Positions 51,201-64,000 of a stretch of 64,000 bases of DNA are shown here, in pieces. Origin of the DNA: Octopus sinensis (lineage: Eukaryota); contig NC_043011.1 of assembly GCF_006345805.1 (NCBI RefSeq), forward strand, positions 56,742,464-56,806,463, written 5' to 3'. Within the stretch, counting starts at the first letter, position 1; each line of letters begins with the position of its first letter. The notes beneath the pieces were generated by a model. It was not told the origin of the DNA. It did not search any database and saw nothing but the letters and a program-made list of their open reading frames with translations. A program made the translations under genes and the position numbers.

Positions 51201-52379
51201 TCTCTTCTTGTTCATCGTCACCTTCACAGAAAATAAGTCTGGTCCTTTCATGAACTTTTGATTTTGATGGAAGATGTAGCTCTGTTTCAGATTATTCAAT
51301 ATCTAGATTCAATTCCTTTTAACCATGGAACCTCGAATGCTAAATATGGAGGGAACCTGTAGAAGTGGAGACCCTAGAATATGTGGGATGAGGTAATGAA
51401 GACTGACCTAAAGATGTTGAACCTCATAAAAGAGATAACAATGGACTGAGATTATTGGCCATTTGTTGTGGTTGAGAAGACCCCCTCACACACAGCTCAG
51501 CAAGAAGGAGGTCTTAAGACCATATCATTTATGTCTGTGCTCCTGCAACCAATCTGGGTCTTCCCCACAACTCATCTTTCTAACAACTTTCCCTCCATCA
51601 CTCTTCTGGCTTTGATACCATTCACTCAGCTGTTGTAGTTATATGAGAGCAGAGCTGCACATATTTCTTACCCCCACTTTTGTGCCCCCAGTCAGCCCCC
51701 TCCTTGGAACTGCTTCCTTTGTCGTTTCATCCATCTTATGTTCTGAGTTCAAATTCCGTTGAGGTTAATTTTTGCCTTTCACTATTTTGGGATGGCAGGG
51801 TCAATAAAATAAGTTGAACATTGGGGCTGCTGTAATCAATTAAAACCTTGCTCTGAAATTATTGGCCTTGTGCCCCCCCACCCAGTCACTGCTTGACAAC
51901 AAGTGTTGGTGTGTTTATGTCCCCATAACTTAGTGGCTCAGCAAAAGAGACTGTTAGAATAAGTACTAGGCTTAAAAAGTAAGTCCTGGCATCAATTTAT
52001 TTGACTAAAACCTTCAAGGTGGTGCCCCAGCATGGCCACAGTCAAATTACTGAAACAAGACAAAGATAAACAGTAAACGATTAGAGATGAAAGAAAATGA
52101 AAATGATGAACGAATAACAAATTATCTCATCAACTTCATTAGCTTAATGAGCTAAATGGACTAATTTTTTAATTCCCTTGTCATTTTAATTTCTTATTAC
52201 CCGAGTCTCTACCTGACTCTACCCAACTCTACCCGACTCCCTACCCGACTCTCTACCCGTCTGATGCTTTATTCTAAAGCATACATATATTGAGTTCTAA
52301 TGCCTAAGTGAAAAATAAAATGTGTATATATATATGTGTGTGTGTGTTTGTATATATGTATGTGTGTGTTTATATATAT

Positions 52380-54015
52380 ATCATCATTATCATCATCATC
52401 GTTTAATCTCTGTTTTTCATGCTGGCATGGGTTGGACGGTTACTGGGGTCTGGGAAGCCAGGAGGCTGCACCAGGCTCCAGTCTGATGTGGCAAAGTTTC
52501 TACAGCTGGATGCCCTTTCTAACACCAACCACTCTGAGAGTGTAGTGGGTGCTTTTTATGTGCCAGCAGCACAGGGGCCAGTGGGGGCTGGCATCGACTA
52601 TGATCGGATGGTGCATTTTATGTATCACTGGCACGGATGCCAGTCAAGGCGGGGCTGGCATCAGCCATTTTCAGATGGTGCTTTTTACGAACTACCGGCA
52701 CAGGAGCCAGTCGTGGTGAGGAGGATGGCGTCAACCACGTTCGGATGGTGCTTTTTACATGCCACCAGCACAACTACAATTTCCATTTGATTGTGATTTG
52801 ATTTGATTTTGATGTATTTGACTCAATAGGTCTCCTCGAGCACGGCATGTCACCCTACAAACCAAGGAACTTTTGAGTGGGCTGGTTATGCGACACTGGT
52901 GTAGGTTACAGCTATGAACTCACTTTATTTGCCAGGTCTTCTCAGTCACAGTATATCACTAGAGGTCTCAGTCTTTTGTCAGTGCCTTTGTGAGGCCTAA
53001 TGTTCGAAGGTCATGCTTCACCACCTCATCCCATGTTTTCCTGGGTCTCCCTCTACCCGGATTCCTTCCACTGTTTGGGAGTGGCACTTCTCCACACAGC
53101 TCTCCTCATCCATCTACAGTACATGACTATACCAATGCAAACATCTCTCTTGCATACCACATCCAATGCTTCTTATGTCCAACATTTCTCTCAGGGTGCT
53201 TACAGTCTGTTGTGTGTGCACACTGACATTACACATCCAGCGGATCATGCCAGCTTCATTTCTTTCGAGCCTACACATGTCTTCAGCAGTCACACCTCAT
53301 GTTTCACTGCCATGAAGCATGGAAGTTCACATACAAGCATCATATAATCTACCTTTCACTCTGAGCGGGAGACTCTTTGTCACCAGCAGTGGTAGGAGCT
53401 TTCTTAACTTTGCCCAGTCTATTCTTATTCTAGTGGTAACACTCTCTGAACATCCACCCCCACAACAGACTTGATCACCTAGGTAGCAGAAGCTATCAAC
53501 TACTTCTAGTTTCTCCCCATGGAATGTGATGGAATCTGTCTTCTGAGCATCTGTGGTGTTTATTGCCCCTGTGCATCTGCTGCACACGAAAGCTATCTTT
53601 CCGGTGAATCTTCCTTTGATGTTGCTGCACCTCTTATATGTCCATAGCTTACACTGGGTACAATTTATGGAGTTTCTACCTACACCTTTTCTACAGATCG
53701 AGCAGGGCCACCTACCTGAAGGGGTGTGTGGTGTGTTTGCCTTCCTACTTACTAGAACTTTAGTCTTTGCTACATTGACTATAAGGCCTTTTGATTCTAA
53801 ACCTAGCTTCCACACCCGAAATTTCTTTTCTAGTTCTGGTAGTGATTCTGCTATGAGGGTCAGGTCATCAGCACAGAGGAGCTCCCAGGGGCAGCCTCTC
53901 TTGAATTCCTCTGTTATTGCCTGGAGGACTATGATGAATAAGAGGGGGCTGAGGGCTGATCCTTGGTGGACCCCTACTTCTACTCAGAATTCTTCACTCT
54001 ACTTATTGCCAACCC
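52380..54015 (-). mobile_element. RTE-type LINE, 5'-truncated (RT C-terminal half, PHD-like finger, full 3' UTR, (GAT)n tail)
   Basis: GVHQGSALSPLLFI, ELLCADDL, ORF 53327-53815 NVAKTKVLV...LEVVDSFCYLG; same family as 24600-26192. Confidence 0.92.
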
Positions 54016-54134
54016 TATCTATCTATCTATAAATAGATAGATAGATGTATAAATCTATGTATGTTTGTATATGTATGTATGTATGCATGTATGTATCTCA
54101 TCAACTTCATTCTGTGGCAATATCAAAGAATAAT

Positions 54135-54665
54135 GTCAGGTCACTTTCGAGTGCTACTGGTAACATGTAACCCAGTACAACCTGTTGCATGGTCGGGTCG
54201 TCAGTGACTAAACCGGCAACCCCACCAAGCTTGCTTGGTGAGGAGGGTGGTTATTGGACACCCTGCGGGATGAAAAACAAAACCCGTCAAAGGGTGGAGG
54301 AACTCTTGAGAGTCAATGGCCATCCAATAAATGTCTTAAGGATGTATCATGCGCGGGGACATAGAAATAATCGGACTGAATACCCGATCGTGCGGTTAAA
54401 CCATTGGGAGTGAAGGACTCCTAGCCTTTGTTAGGGCATCCCTCTAGATGGTAACTTAAGTAACTGGGATAACTCCGATATAAAACCTGCGGCTCAGTGG
54501 TTACCGATGATGTTGACTTGTTCTTCTTTTCGGGTTATGGCTGCTGTTGCTTAGTGAATGGGATTGACTCAGTGCACAGCCTTTCCTCACTTTAAAAAGA
54601 ATCTTCTTGCATTGCACGATAACAACATTGATAATGGCCATACTCAATAACGAGGGAGCAGCCAC
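54135..54665 (+). mobile_element. GC-richer unclassified segment resembling a LINE 5' UTR-derived repeat
   Basis: Sharp compositional edges; GGGCATCCCTCTAG...AACTCCGATATAAAACC resembles RTE 5' UTR motifs; single copy in window. Confidence 0.35.
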
Positions 54666-55400
54666 CATGTATGCATGTATACAGGTATGTATGTATATGT
54701 ATACATGTGTGTATGTTTGTGTGTACCATTGTCTTCACATCATGTGATGGTTATAAGTGAGAAAGTTGTTTGCTTTCCATCTTCTGTGAGGAAAAGAATT
54801 AAACATGTCTGGTCATGGGAAATATTACCTTGCTTGGAAACAGGTGAGGGTTAGCGACAGGAAGGGCATCCAGACATAGGAAATCTGTCTCAACAAATTT
54901 CATCTGATCCATGCAAGCACGGAAAAGAGGACATTGAATAATAATGATAATGATGAGGATGATGGCCGTGATAGTGGTGGTGGTGATTATGATGATGGTG
55001 ATGATATTTAGTGTCTCACCCAGACAGCAAACCCCATCACAACGGATGTGGATTATAATGACGGCTGACTTTATAATTTTCTTGTTGTTGATAGTTTTTA
55101 ATGTGTTTCTTTAAAACAACATTAACTGTAATCAATTTCAAGTAATCAATTTATTAGTCATTAGTAGATTAATTATTGGTTCATCTATTTTTCATATAAG
55201 ACAGGAAAGCATATTAAAATTGTTTTCGTTCTATTTTCTCTTTTTTTACTTTTGCTCTCAAAAGAATCTTTATTATAAGTGACTTGAGATGTTAGATTGT
55301 TTACAAATTTAACATTTAATGATTTTAACTGCTAGTTCTATGACCATAGACAGACTGTTTCTATGTATTGTGTATCTTCAGTAGATAGTTAGTTAATTAA

Positions 55401-55804
55401 ATTCTTTTCTACATGAGACACAAGGCCCGAAATTTTGGGGGAGGGGGCCAGTTGATTAGATCGACCCTCCCCCAGCACTCAACTAATACTTAATTTATCG
55501 ACCCCAAAAGGATGAAAGGCAAAGTCAACTTCGGTGGAATTTGAACTCAGAATGTAAAGACGAACAAAATACCTATTTCTTTACTACCCACAAGGGGCTA
55601 AACACAGAGAGGACAAACTAGGACAGACAAATGGATTAAGTCAATTATATCGACCCCAGTGCGTAACTGGTACTTATTTAATCGACCCTGAAAGGATGAA
55701 AGGCAAAGTCGACCTTGGTGGAATTTGAACTCAGAACGTAGTGGCAGATGAAATACTGCTAAGCATTTCACCTGGCATGCTAATGTTTCTGCCAGCTTGC
55801 CACC
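55401..55804 (-). mobile_element. Tandem dimer of SINE family B with 12-bp target-site duplication
   Basis: Two AAGGATGAAAGGCAAAGTC...GGAATTTGAACTCAGAA units; TTAGTTAATTAA at 55389-55400 and 55805-55816. Confidence 0.85.
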
Positions 55805-56086
55805 TTAGTTAATTAATTAAATTAACCAAGAAATTGTTTTTATTTTAAACCAGAAGAATACAAAGAAACAAAGAAGGAAAGGGAAAAATGCTCAAGTCAC
55901 CCATCATTGTCATCATCATCATCATCATCAATGTTTCACAAGCACTTTTTTTTTCATATTGATATGGGTTGGATGAAACTTCCTCGTGCAGTATTCTACA
56001 ACTAGAAGGCCTTCCTGAGGTCAGCCTTCACTTTTTTTTCAAAGTCTGTACCTTATTCCATTTCTTCATGCACACAAGCACACATG

Positions 56087-56131
<45 letters not shown>

Positions 56132-56283
56132 GCATGGCTGTGTGGCTAAGAAGCTTGGTTTGCAACCATGTGGTTTCAGGTTCAGTCCCTCTGCATGGAC
56201 CCTGGGCAAGTTTCTTCTACTATAGTTCTGAGCTGACCAATGCCTTAAGAGGAAATTTGGCAGAAGGACCCTGAAAGAAACCT

Positions 56284-56332
<49 letters not shown>

Positions 56333-57654
56333 GTATGTTGTGTGTTTTCCCCCACCAACTCTTAGCAACTGGTGTTGGTTTGTTTACATCCTTGTAACTA
56401 AATGGTTTAGCAAAAGGGGCCAATAGAGTAAGTACTAGACTTAAAAACTAATTACTGTGGTTGAGTTGTTTGGCAAAAACCTTAGATGATGGTGCTCCAG
56501 CATGGGCATTGTGCACTGACTGAAACAAGTGAAATATAAAGGATGAAAGCCACGACAGGCTTCAATAGTTTCTGTCAACCAAATTCTATTCTCGTGGCAC
56601 TGATCAACCCTAGCAGAAAATAAGTGACATGCAATAGGATTGAACCCAGAACCGTGCGGTTGTGAACTAAATTTCTTAACTACACAACCTTGCTGACACC
56701 AACCCATACTTTTGCAAATAGACAGAACCTCTGCTGTGAAGTGGCTGCCATGATTATATTCAGTTGCTTATTGTCAGTTCCACCTCAGTGTTGATGCTTC
56801 GACAAAATTCCAGAATATCTTTTCATGACTTGGTGAGAGAAAGAGAAAGAGAAAGAGAGAGAGAGAGTGAGGGAGAGAGAGTGAAAGAGATAGAGAGGGA
56901 GAGACGGAGCTTATGATTTTTGCTCTATCAAAGTGTTTAAAGAATATCTCCAAAATCAAAAACTGGAATATGCTTGTTGTACATATTTTGTCGCTCCATT
57001 AATTAGGAGTCTTAATATCAAAATTCTTTCGCAGCAGCATGCAAAACCACTTCATTTATCCATACCTTGAGTATATTTCTAACATATCACATCAATTCGT
57101 GAAACAAAATTAAACTTTTTTTAAAGTTACATGTAAAATTTATTTTATGTTGAATTTTTAGGTAAAACAAAAACCAAAAAAAAAAAAAAAAAGAAAATTT
57201 ACATTCAATTCTAAAATTGAATTAAGCTTTATTTACAGAAAGTATTTATCTTTAAAGCATATTTATCAGTCAACATATATATGCATCTATAGGCAGGCAT
57301 AAACAATTTCACACTCCACTACACATATAATTCGCTTAAACATATGCAAAGATGCATTTGGAGATAGAGACCGAGACACAGGCCTTCTAAGCACACACAC
57401 ACACACACACACACACACCTGTAATGCCAGTCCTTGCTCCAACGCACTAGACACATTCATATACAGCTAATCTAATAGTAAAAAGCTGAGTTTGTGAAAT
57501 TAGTGAAATGTCTGGAGTATTACATAGGTGAGATTTCTCACTTTGATAATTCAGATAATTCAATCAAAAGAACAGTGCAAAACCATATTGTAATAGAAAT
57601 GAAATTATCTGGCATTTGTTTTGTCTTTGTAATGTGTATTTGTTATTCATTTCA

Positions 57655-57737
57655 TATATATATATATATATATACATATATATATACATACATATATAAC
57701 ATACATGTATATATATATATATACATACTTACATATA

Positions 57738-57807
<70 letters not shown>

Positions 57808-57811
57808 ATAT

Positions 57812-57843
<32 letters not shown>

Positions 57844-57944
57844 ATTATATATATATATTATATACATACATATATATATATATATATATATGCATACATA
57901 TATATACATACATGTATATATGCATATGTATGTATGTATGTATG

Positions 57945-57988
<44 letters not shown>

Positions 57989-58103
57989 ATATAAAAATAT
58001 AATATATAATATATAAATATAATATATATATTATATGTATTACATATATATTACACACACATACACCTATATATATCTGTATCTTTATATGTGTGTGTAT
58101 CTT

Positions 58104-58189
<86 letters not shown>

Positions 58190-58250
58190 ATACACACACA
58201 CACACACATATGTATATGTACATTTGCTCAACTACTTATATATATGTATG

Positions 58251-58303
<53 letters not shown>

Positions 58304-58345
58304 ATTGCCATGTGTATGTGTGTGTGTGCATTTGCATGTATGTAT
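57655..58345. repeat. Long (TA)-dominated microsatellite field (others at ~32770-33800, 41300-41720, 43457-43680, 47190-47400, 48460-48740, 58610-58860)
   Basis: Direct reading. Confidence 0.95.
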
Positions 58346-58631
58346 GTATTATCATGTAGGGTACTTCTCACATTCTCAAAAATTATGCTATGATGTTTTA
58401 CTTTGGTAAGGCGGAGAGATGGAGGAGTCTGAAGTTACATTTTGCATTCTGCTCATCTAGTTTTCTTTTCAAAGATATTGAATTTCAAATTAATATATTG
58501 GTATTTTATATACTGCCATAGATAATACAGCTATCTGTTGAGAATTTTAAGATTTTTGTTTTTTTTCTTCTTTTTTGTTCTCTATGCAATGCAATGTCTA
58601 TTTCAGGTACATATATACATGTTTATATATA

Positions 58632-58667
<36 letters not shown>

Positions 58668-59598
58668 TGTATGTATGTATGTATGTATGTATGTATGTAT
58701 GTATGTGTGTGTGTGTGTATATATATGTGTGTGTGTGTACATACATACACATATATACATACATACATATATGTGTGTGTGTATGTGTGCAGACATGTAT
58801 ATATGTTTGTGTATGTATTAATGTATGTATGTATATAAACATGTGTGTGTGTGTGTGTGTCCTTATTTTGGGGTAGGCTCACTTGTTGGTTTAATTCTCT
58901 CTTGTTAATTTTTTACTTTTTCTATAATTAATTTATATTGCAATTAGTGAGCAGCAGAGTCATTTGTTGTTTCCAATGGGCTAATAAATGATTAACTGTC
59001 TTTGTAACTGTAAAAGTGACATGGGAGTTTCTGTTACTCAATGCAGAACACATATAACAAAGGACTTTAAACAATGTGCACAAGTTTTTCAGTTTTCTTG
59101 CTGTTGCTTACAGCTTTTGCCAAAGTACACTGCTACAGAATGTTCACATGCACACACACACACACACAGACACACAAACTGGTGGTGTGGAGAGGGGAGG
59201 CTGGTATGCATGGGCGACTGCTGGTCTTCCATAAACAACCTCGCCCGGACTTGTGTCTAGGAGGGTAACTTTCTAGGTGCAATCCCATGGTCTGTGTCGT
59301 GACCGAAGGGGGTCTCCGATATATATATATATATATAATATATATATATATATACACAATGAGTTTCTTTTAATTTCTGTCTACCAAATCCACTCACAAG
59401 GCTTTGGTCAGCCTGTAGCTATAGTAGAAGACACTTGCCCCCAAGGTGCCATGCAGTGGGACTGAACCTGGAACCATGTGGTTGGGAAGCAAGCTTCTTA
59501 CCACACTGTCATGCCTATATATATATTTATATATATATATACATGCACACACACACATACAAGCATCCCTACTTTATGAAAGAGAGAGAGAGTGAGAT

Positions 59599-59639
<41 letters not shown>

Positions 59640-59915
59640 ATGGGCTTCCCCACAGTTTCTATCTACCAAATTCTCTCACAAAGAATTGGTTGACCCAGGG
59701 CTATAGTATGAAACATTTGCTGAAGGTGTTGCACAGTGGGACTGAACCCAAAACACCTGGTTGCAAAGCTAGCTTCTTAACCACACAGCCAAGCCTGTCT
59801 GAAGTCTGTGAATGGTCAGAAGGTTCCAATGGATTTTAAAATTCTCCAAGAGAGTGAATTAGTTGTTCCTGATTCACTGCAGAGTTTATTGATTTGTAGG
59901 TATGACTAAGCGCTT

Positions 59916-59952
<37 letters not shown>

Positions 59953-60051
59953 TGTAAGTGTGTGTGTGTGTGTGTGTGTGCGTGTGCGTGTGTGTGTGTG
60001 TGTGTGTTGTAAGTGTGTGTGTATGCATGTGTTTATTTTTTTTTTTTTAGT

Positions 60052-60370
60052 GAAGGGCGTGGTCTGGTGGTTAATGGTTTTTGGCTCACAATTGTAAGGT
60101 TGTCAGTTCAATCCCTGGTGGCACTTTATGTTCTTCAGCAAGACACTTCATTTTTGATCTCACCCCAGTCCACTCGGCTGGCATAAATGAGTTTTACCCA
60201 TATTTGAAATATCCAGCCTTGTCACATTCAACGTCATGCTGAATCTGCCCAAGAACTATGTGAAGGCTGGGGGTGGCTGCAGTGCACTCAGCCACTTGCA
60301 CCTTAATTTCACGGGCAAGCTGTTCTGTTGATCAGATCAACTGGAACCCTCGTTGTCGTAACAGACAGAG
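60052..60370 (+). mobile_element. tRNA-derived SINE, third family
   Basis: A-box-like TGGTCTGGTGG, B-box-like AGTTCAATCCC, then AGCAAGACACTT...CCAGTCCACTCGGCTG...AAATGAG. Confidence 0.6.
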
Positions 60371-61009
60371 CATAGGTTATGTTTTATTTTTTTATTCTTT
60401 CACCTGTTTCACTCATTAGACTGTGGCCATGCTGGAGCACCACTTTGAAAACTTTTAGTCAAATTAATCAACTCCAGTACTTAGGTTTCTTTTGATAGGA
60501 CCAGACAAGCTGGACCAGACAAGCTGGACCAGACCCCAGTTCTCTGTTTGGGCATGGTTTCATTGGCTTTTATTTATTCTATCATTCTCTTATGTTGAAC
60601 TGCAAAGTTACAGGGACATAAACGAACCAACAATGGTTGTCAAGTGGTGGTGGTTGGGGGTGGGGTGGAGACAAACACAGGCAGAAAGACACCCACATAC
60701 TTATGTACTCTTGTACTTTCAAATTGGTTGAACATTTCATGAGAGACAACACCCTTCGTATCCCACCAAACACAGAACATAACACCACCACCACCACCAT
60801 CATCATCATCATTTCCATGCTTGCATGGATTGGACAGATTATTTCCAAATTAGCATCTTGCTCAGTTTGCTACATTTCTTTCTCATCTTCTTTAAGAGGT
60901 TTAACATGCTGAGATCAGCTTTCACCTCTTCTGTCTGTTTGTCTATCTGTCTGTATATATGTATGTATGTATATATATATGAATGAATGCTTATATATAC
61001 ATATATGTA

Positions 61010-62289
61010 TTGCGTCATCCCATAAATAATGCAGTTTTTTCAATTACATGAAATAAAAGTCAGAGGTGGGGGATAAACTACCTGCATCAACTTGCTATCA
61101 AAGCAGGTAGTAATTTTACCTTGTACTTATTCTTAGTGTAAGTTTTGAAGAGTGCAGTTCAATTTTAATAGTTATTTTTTGAAAGCTATAATGGAAGTGA
61201 TAAAAGAGCAGAATCGGTGTATTTTGCTTTATGAGTACAATAAAGGTAACAATGCAGAAAGTGCAAGGAATATTAAAGCAGTATATGGAGATTGGACAAT
61301 AAGCATAAGCTAGTATCGGTGGTGGTTCCAGAAATTCCAGACTGGAAACTACAGCCTAGAAGATGAACTTCATCCCTTAAAGATCTGTAGAGCTTGCGAG
61401 GATGTCCTGCAAACCCTGGTGGAACAAAATCTCAATGTAACTGTTGAGGAACTAGCAGAGAAGCTTGGATTTGGTCATTCAACCATTCATCGAAACCTGT
61501 GTTCCATCAGAAAAGTCAGTAAATTGGATCAATGGGTTCCTCTCAAACTTTCTGAGTCTAATCATGTGCAGAGTGAATGTGTGCTCTTCTTTGCTGTCAT
61601 GTCTCACAAATGAACCTTTTTTGGACTGAATAGTGATTGGTGATGAGAAATGGGTTCTCTATAAGAATGTCAAGCACTGAAGATAGTGGGTAGGGAAAGG
61701 AGAAACATCGGCACCCCAGGCTAAAGAAGGTCTTCACCCACATAAGGTGTTGTTATCTGTTTTGTGAGTTATGAAAAGTTTAGTCCACTTTGAACTTTAA
61801 AACCCAAACCAAACAATAACAAAGGAGATCCACTGTGAGCAGCTTGAGTGGCTTAAGTCAGCGCTAGAAGAAAAGCGACTGTCTTAGGTTTCAAGATGAA
61901 AGATGTTCTTTCATCAGGATAATGCTCGGCCACATAGAGTGAGTATGACATTCCAAAGGCTGGAGCCATTTGAACGGGAAATGACACCCCACACACCATA
62001 TCCGCTGGACATTGTCTCATCTGATTATCATTTATTCTGCAGGCTTCAAAATCATTTGCATGGAAAAAATATGAAGTCTGTAGATGAGGTTAGAACAATA
62101 CTGGAAGAGTATTTTTCATCACAGACAAGTGAATTTTGGAAGAGGGGCCTTGCAAGTCTACCAGACAGATGGAAGAGCATTGTAGAAAATGCAGGAGAGT
62201 ATATTTAGATTAAAAAAGAACTTTGTTTATCTTAATTTTGAAAAATAAAAGAAGTATAAAAATACAGCATTATTTATGGAATGACCCAA
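61010..62289 (+). mobile_element. Full-length (1280 bp) but inactivated mariner (DD34D) element
   Basis: TIRs TTGCGTCATCCCATAAATAATGC / GCATTATTTATGGAATGACCCAA with TA on both sides; transposase ~61191-62208 with WVPLKL, IVIGDEKW, HQDNARPH, HTPYPLDIVSSDYHLF; multiple stops and frameshifts. Confidence 0.95.
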
Positions 62290-63307
62290 TACACACACAC
62301 ACATATGTATATTTATATATATACACACATGCATATTCAGTCTATTAAGTTCTACTAACAAGGTTGACCACTACCTTGTAAGTGGAATTTAATAAACAGA
62401 AAGAGTATACGTAACCATTGTGTGTGTGTGTGTGTGTGTGATAAGCAAAGGAGGGGGAGGAAGAGGGGGAAATATGATAGATAAAAGCACAAGGGTAGTT
62501 ATCAGTATCAGGAGGCAGTGTGTGAAATGAAATCCATATGTTGCTCTGCCGACTCATCGAGGAAGGTAGTTATCAGCTTATCCTGACCAGGTGATCTAAT
62601 TAGTAACGAAGGTGATTGTTGTGAAATGGTATTATTGAAATTTCGAGTAAGGAACGGAACAGATGAAAGAGGTTCATCTTGTCAATTAACGATTTCATTT
62701 GCGCTGTTGGAAACATCAACTGCATGGAATGTGTGTGGAAATGGTGATGCAACATGGACACCGAGGAGAGGAAAGCTTGTAAAGACTGCAGAGAAATGAA
62801 GCAAGTGTGAGCCGTTGGATGTGTCATATTAATCAGCATGAAAAGCAAATCACAAACGGAGAGATTCTAACAACACCAGAAACATCAGATGAGGAGGCAT
62901 GCTTTATTTTCAGTTGTTTTCTGAATTTATTCAATTTTGTTGGTCAGTTTTTGTTTCAACTTGACTGATTTTCAGTTTAAATCTATTTATTTCTTTTGTC
63001 CCAATATTGTTTTTCGTTGTTTCATGTTTGATTATGAATGTGCTTCTCACGATGTTTATTATGTTTTGTTATGTGGTACTTGTGACACTCTATGTAACCT
63101 TAGAAAATACACTTCCATTACATCTGAACTCTAACAGCTGATCCAGCACGTGACTGACACTTCATTGACACACCAAAATAACAGTTTGTGGCTGGAATTG
63201 ATTCGGAATGCGATCTACAGGAAAAACAACAGCTAAGTTAGTGCTAACATCTTTCATACAGGGAGCATTAAAAAGCTAACTAAAAATAGTTATACAGTGA
63301 AGGAATA

Positions 63308-63439
63308 ACATCATCATTGTCGTCGTCATCATCACCATTGTCATCACCACCACCACCACCACCACCACCACCACCACCACCACCACCACCACCACCACCA
63401 CCACCACCACCACCACCACCACCACCACCACCACCACCG

Positions 63440-63472
<33 letters not shown>

Positions 63473-63490
63473 TCATCATCATTGTCAGCA
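63308..63490. repeat. (CAC)n/(CAT)n trinucleotide repeat
   Basis: Direct reading. Confidence 0.95.
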
Positions 63491-63686
63491 TCAATTAACA
63501 ACTGCTTCCCATGCCAACATGGGTTGGACTGTCTGAAAGGTGTTGGTAAGCCAGAAGGACTGTGTCAACCTCCACTGTCTGCTTTGGCATCATTTCTATG
63601 ACTGGATGCCTTTCCTAATGCCAACCACTTCACAGAGTGTGCTGGATGCTTTTTGTGTGGCAACCTCCTCCTCCTCCTCCTCCTCC

Positions 63687-63726
<40 letters not shown>

Positions 63727-64000
63727 AGGTTGGCCAGTTTTGACAAGATCCAATTAGTCCAAGAGCCACATTGTGCTCCAATGTCTTGCTTTGGCATGAT
63801 TCCTGTGGCTGGGTGTGCCTCCTAACAGCATGGACTGGGTGCCTTTTATTAGCCATCACTACAATTGAGGTTGCCATGCAGCTCACAAAACTACAAACCC
63901 TGGGGGAGTGGGGATTAGCTTTATGGTAGGGGATAAGAGGTTACAGTATGAAAGCAGGGACAAGGCAGAGCAGGTTCTCGTGGAGGAGCTGCATGGTTAC

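Noticed and set aside
52197-52262. CTACCCGACT short tandem repeat as telomere-like or regulatory array
   Set aside because: About five degenerate 10-12 bp units, not TTAGGG; similar slippage repeats at ~43735 and ~60498 are unremarkable
61191-62208. Active mariner transposase or SETMAR-like host gene
   Set aside because: Several in-frame stops and frameshifts; no SET exon visible
63276-63601. Poly-Pro/Gly/Val ORFs
   Set aside because: Pure (CAC)n microsatellite

Overview
AT-rich eukaryotic (animal) non-coding DNA, most likely intronic or intergenic, packed with microsatellites and decayed transposons. The SINE families and repeat style resemble those I associate with Octopus (coleoid cephalopod); this is inference, not verified. 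I can support no intact protein-coding gene: nearly all long ORFs in the track are microsatellite translations or transposon fragments. Recognisable content: a Ty3/Gypsy integrase remnant; RTE-type LINE remnants, two with a PHD-like Cys finger inside the RT; three mariner, one Tc1 and two maT/DD37D-like remnants; hAT fragments, including a fold-back pair; MITEs; a Helentron-type HINE; many tRNA-derived SINEs; a 28S rRNA fragment; and local tandem, inverted and segmental duplications. The most notable signal is more than ten hammerhead-ribozyme-like motifs associated with Penelope-like debris. Two (10627-10684 and 23437-23526, minus strand) keep an intact core and helices, and a four-copy ~200 bp (TA)n-flanked family shares a variant core. 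A few unique islands may be host exons or regulatory elements. Coordinates were read by eye, so degenerate element ends are approximate.
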